DNA of 64,000 nucleotides from an uncultured Actinomycetota bacterium (GTDB lineage Bacteria; Actinomycetota; Actinomycetes; Mycobacteriales; Nakamurellaceae): NCBI GenBank assembly GCA_963785455.1, contig CAWAVL010000014.1, positions 145,444 to 209,443 of the forward strand, read 5' to 3'. Shown piece by piece: positions 62,487 to 64,000 of this stretch (position 1 is its first letter; each line of letters starts with the position of its first letter). The notes under the pieces were generated by a model. It saw only the letters and a program-made list of their open reading frames with translations, ran no database searches and was not told where the DNA came from. The position numbers and the translations under genes were made by a program.

Positions 62487-63386
62487 TCAGGGTAGAGGCT
62501 GCGCCGAGAGGTCGAGACCGAGGTCGAGGGCCCCCGCCGAGTGCGTCAGCGCCCCCACGGCCAGGTAGTCGACCCCGGTCGAGGCCACCTCGAAAGCGCG
62601 GTTCAGGCTCAGCCCGCCGGATGCCTCCAGCATCACCCGGCGGCCGGCGGCTCGCGCGACCGACACGGCGGTGGCAGTGTCCGCGGTGGAGAAGTTGTCC
62701 AGCAGAACGAGTTCGGCGCCGGCCGCGATGGCCTCGTCGAGTTGGTCGAGGGTGTCGACCTCGACCTCCAGCGCGATCGTGGCGTTGCGGGCGCGCACCG
62801 CCTCGATCGCAGCCCGGACGGAACCGGCTGCGGCGACGTGATTGTCCTTGATGAGAGCAGCATCACCCAGGCTCTGCCGGTGGTTCACGCCGCCCCCGCA
62901 GCGCACCGCGTACTTCTCCAACAGGCGCAGCCCGGGCAGGGTCTTGCGGGTGTCCCGGATGTGGGCGCCCGTGCCGGCCACCGCATCGACCCAGGCGCGG
63001 GTGGCGGTGGCGATCCCCGACAGGTGCGTCAGCAGGTTCAGCGCCGTGCGCTCACCGGTCAGGATGCCCGCTGTCCGCCCGGCGACGACCAGCGCGGGCC
63101 GGCCTGGCTCGAGCGACCCGCCCTCCGGCACCACCTGTTCGAACTCGGCGGTGAACGCGACCGACTCGAACACCGCCATCGCGACCGGGCCACCGGCGAA
63201 CACGCCCGGTACCCGGGGAACGACGTTGGCCACGCTGAGCTGATCGGCCGGAACGGTGGACTCGGTGGTGATGTCCGGCCCGTCCCGCAGGTCCTCGGCG
63301 AGCGCCCGGTCGATGACGGCGGTCACGGCGTCCACGTCCAGGCCCGCGTCGGCGAGTGCGCCCCTGGTCTGCCCGGTCAGGCCCAT
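62487..63386 (-). CDS. nadC: quinolinate phosphoribosyltransferase
   Basis: [53 protein letters not shown]. Confidence 0.96.
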   Translation of the reverse strand: MGLTGQTRGALADAGLDVDAVTAVIDRALAEDLRDGPDITTESTVPADQLSVANVVPRVPGVFAGGPVAMAVFESVAFTAEFEQVVPEGGSLEPGRPALVVAGRTAGILTGERTALNLLTHLSGIATATRAWVDAVAGTGAHIRDTRKTLPGLRLLEKYAVRCGGGVNHRQSLGDAALIKDNHVAAAGSVRAAIEAVRARNATIALEVEVDTLDQLDEAIAAGAELVLLDNFSTADTATAVSVARAAGRRVMLEASGGLSLNRAFEVASTGVDYLAVGALTHSAGALDLGLDLSAQPLP

Positions 63387-64000
63387 GCCACGGCCTCCCG
63401 CTGACCGGCGACCGACGTCGCGATCACGCCGTCCAGCCGGCGCACCAGGATCGAGGTCTCCCACGCCGGGAGCGGATCGGGATGGTCGTTGCGGACGTGG
63501 CACCCGCGGGACTCGGCCCGCAGCTCCGCGGCGACGAGCAGGGCCGACGCGGCCACCGCGAGGTTCGCCGTCTCCACCGACCACCGGTCCGCGGCAGCGG
63601 CCGGCTGCGCAGCCAGCCGGTTGACGGTGGACTGCGCGTCGCGCAGGCCGATCAGGTCCCTGCCGATGCCGGCGGCGCGACTCATGCTGGCCTGCAACCC
63701 AACTCGGCCAGCGGGGTCGGCCCCAGGGACGGGCGTCAGGATCAGCTCCGCCGGCCGGCTGGTCGCCGGCAGCACCTCGGCCCCGATGGCGGCAGCCGCG
63801 CGCTCCCCCATCACCAGGCCTTCGAGCAGGGAGTTCGAGGCGAGCCGATTCGCGCCGTGCAGGCCGGTTCGGGCGACCTCGCCGACCGCGAACAGGCCGG
63901 GGACCGTCGTCCGGCCGTCCAGGTCGGTCAGCACACCACCGCACTGGTAGTGGGCGGCGGGCGCCACCGGGATGGGCGCGGTGGTCGGGCTGAGGCCGGC
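63377..64000 (-). CDS. nadB: L-aspartate oxidase, C-terminal part (runs off the window)
   Basis: [42 protein letters not shown]; upstream of nadC. Confidence 0.94.
   Translation of the reverse strand, partial: AGLSPTTAPIPVAPAAHYQCGGVLTDLDGRTTVPGLFAVGEVARTGLHGANRLASNSLLEGLVMGERAAAAIGAEVLPATSRPAELILTPVPGADPAGRVGLQASMSRAAGIGRDLIGLRDAQSTVNRLAAQPAAAADRWSVETANLAVAASALLVAAELRAESRGCHVRNDHPDPLPAWETSILVRRLDGVIATSVAGQREAVAWA

Overview
High-GC actinobacterial chromosome segment with no CRISPR array, rRNA or classical IS/integrase visible. From left to right: (1) an accessory/regulatory block (1-14.2 kb) with a ComB-like phosphatase, a large ATP-binding LuxR regulator, a CarH-like MerR/B12 regulator beside a paralog that lacks both the HTH and the cobalamin ligands, a SigC-type ECF sigma with a divergent anti-sigma and a PCuAC-DyP-CopC copper operon, DUF808 and a secreted trypsin-like protease. 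(2) A complete selenocysteine locus (14.4-26.8 kb): UGA-recoded formate dehydrogenase alpha with SECIS, beta subunit, NrfD anchor, selD, tRNA-Sec, selA and selB. A rifamycin phosphotransferase (rph) with its RAE palindrome sits inside it, and its reading frame ends inside tRNA-Sec. (3) ppdK and the conserved core run ftsY-amtB-glnK-glnD-ffh-rpsP-khpA-rimM-trmD-rplS-lepB-rnhB-DUF2469-yraN, preceded by glnE, a GATase and xthA. (4) The imuA-imuB-dnaE2 mutasome cassette, interrupted by a DUF222/HNH gene that carries a near-identical copy of the imuA promoter/SOS box. (5) nadB-nadC-hisD-hisC-hisB-hisH. The strongest leads are the rph/tRNA-Sec overlap, the HNH gene embedded in the mutasome operon, the CarH plus ligand-less paralog module and the SigC copper regulon with two readable promoters. 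All family calls come from motif recognition by eye, not from database searches; start codons were often moved downstream of the longest ORF.
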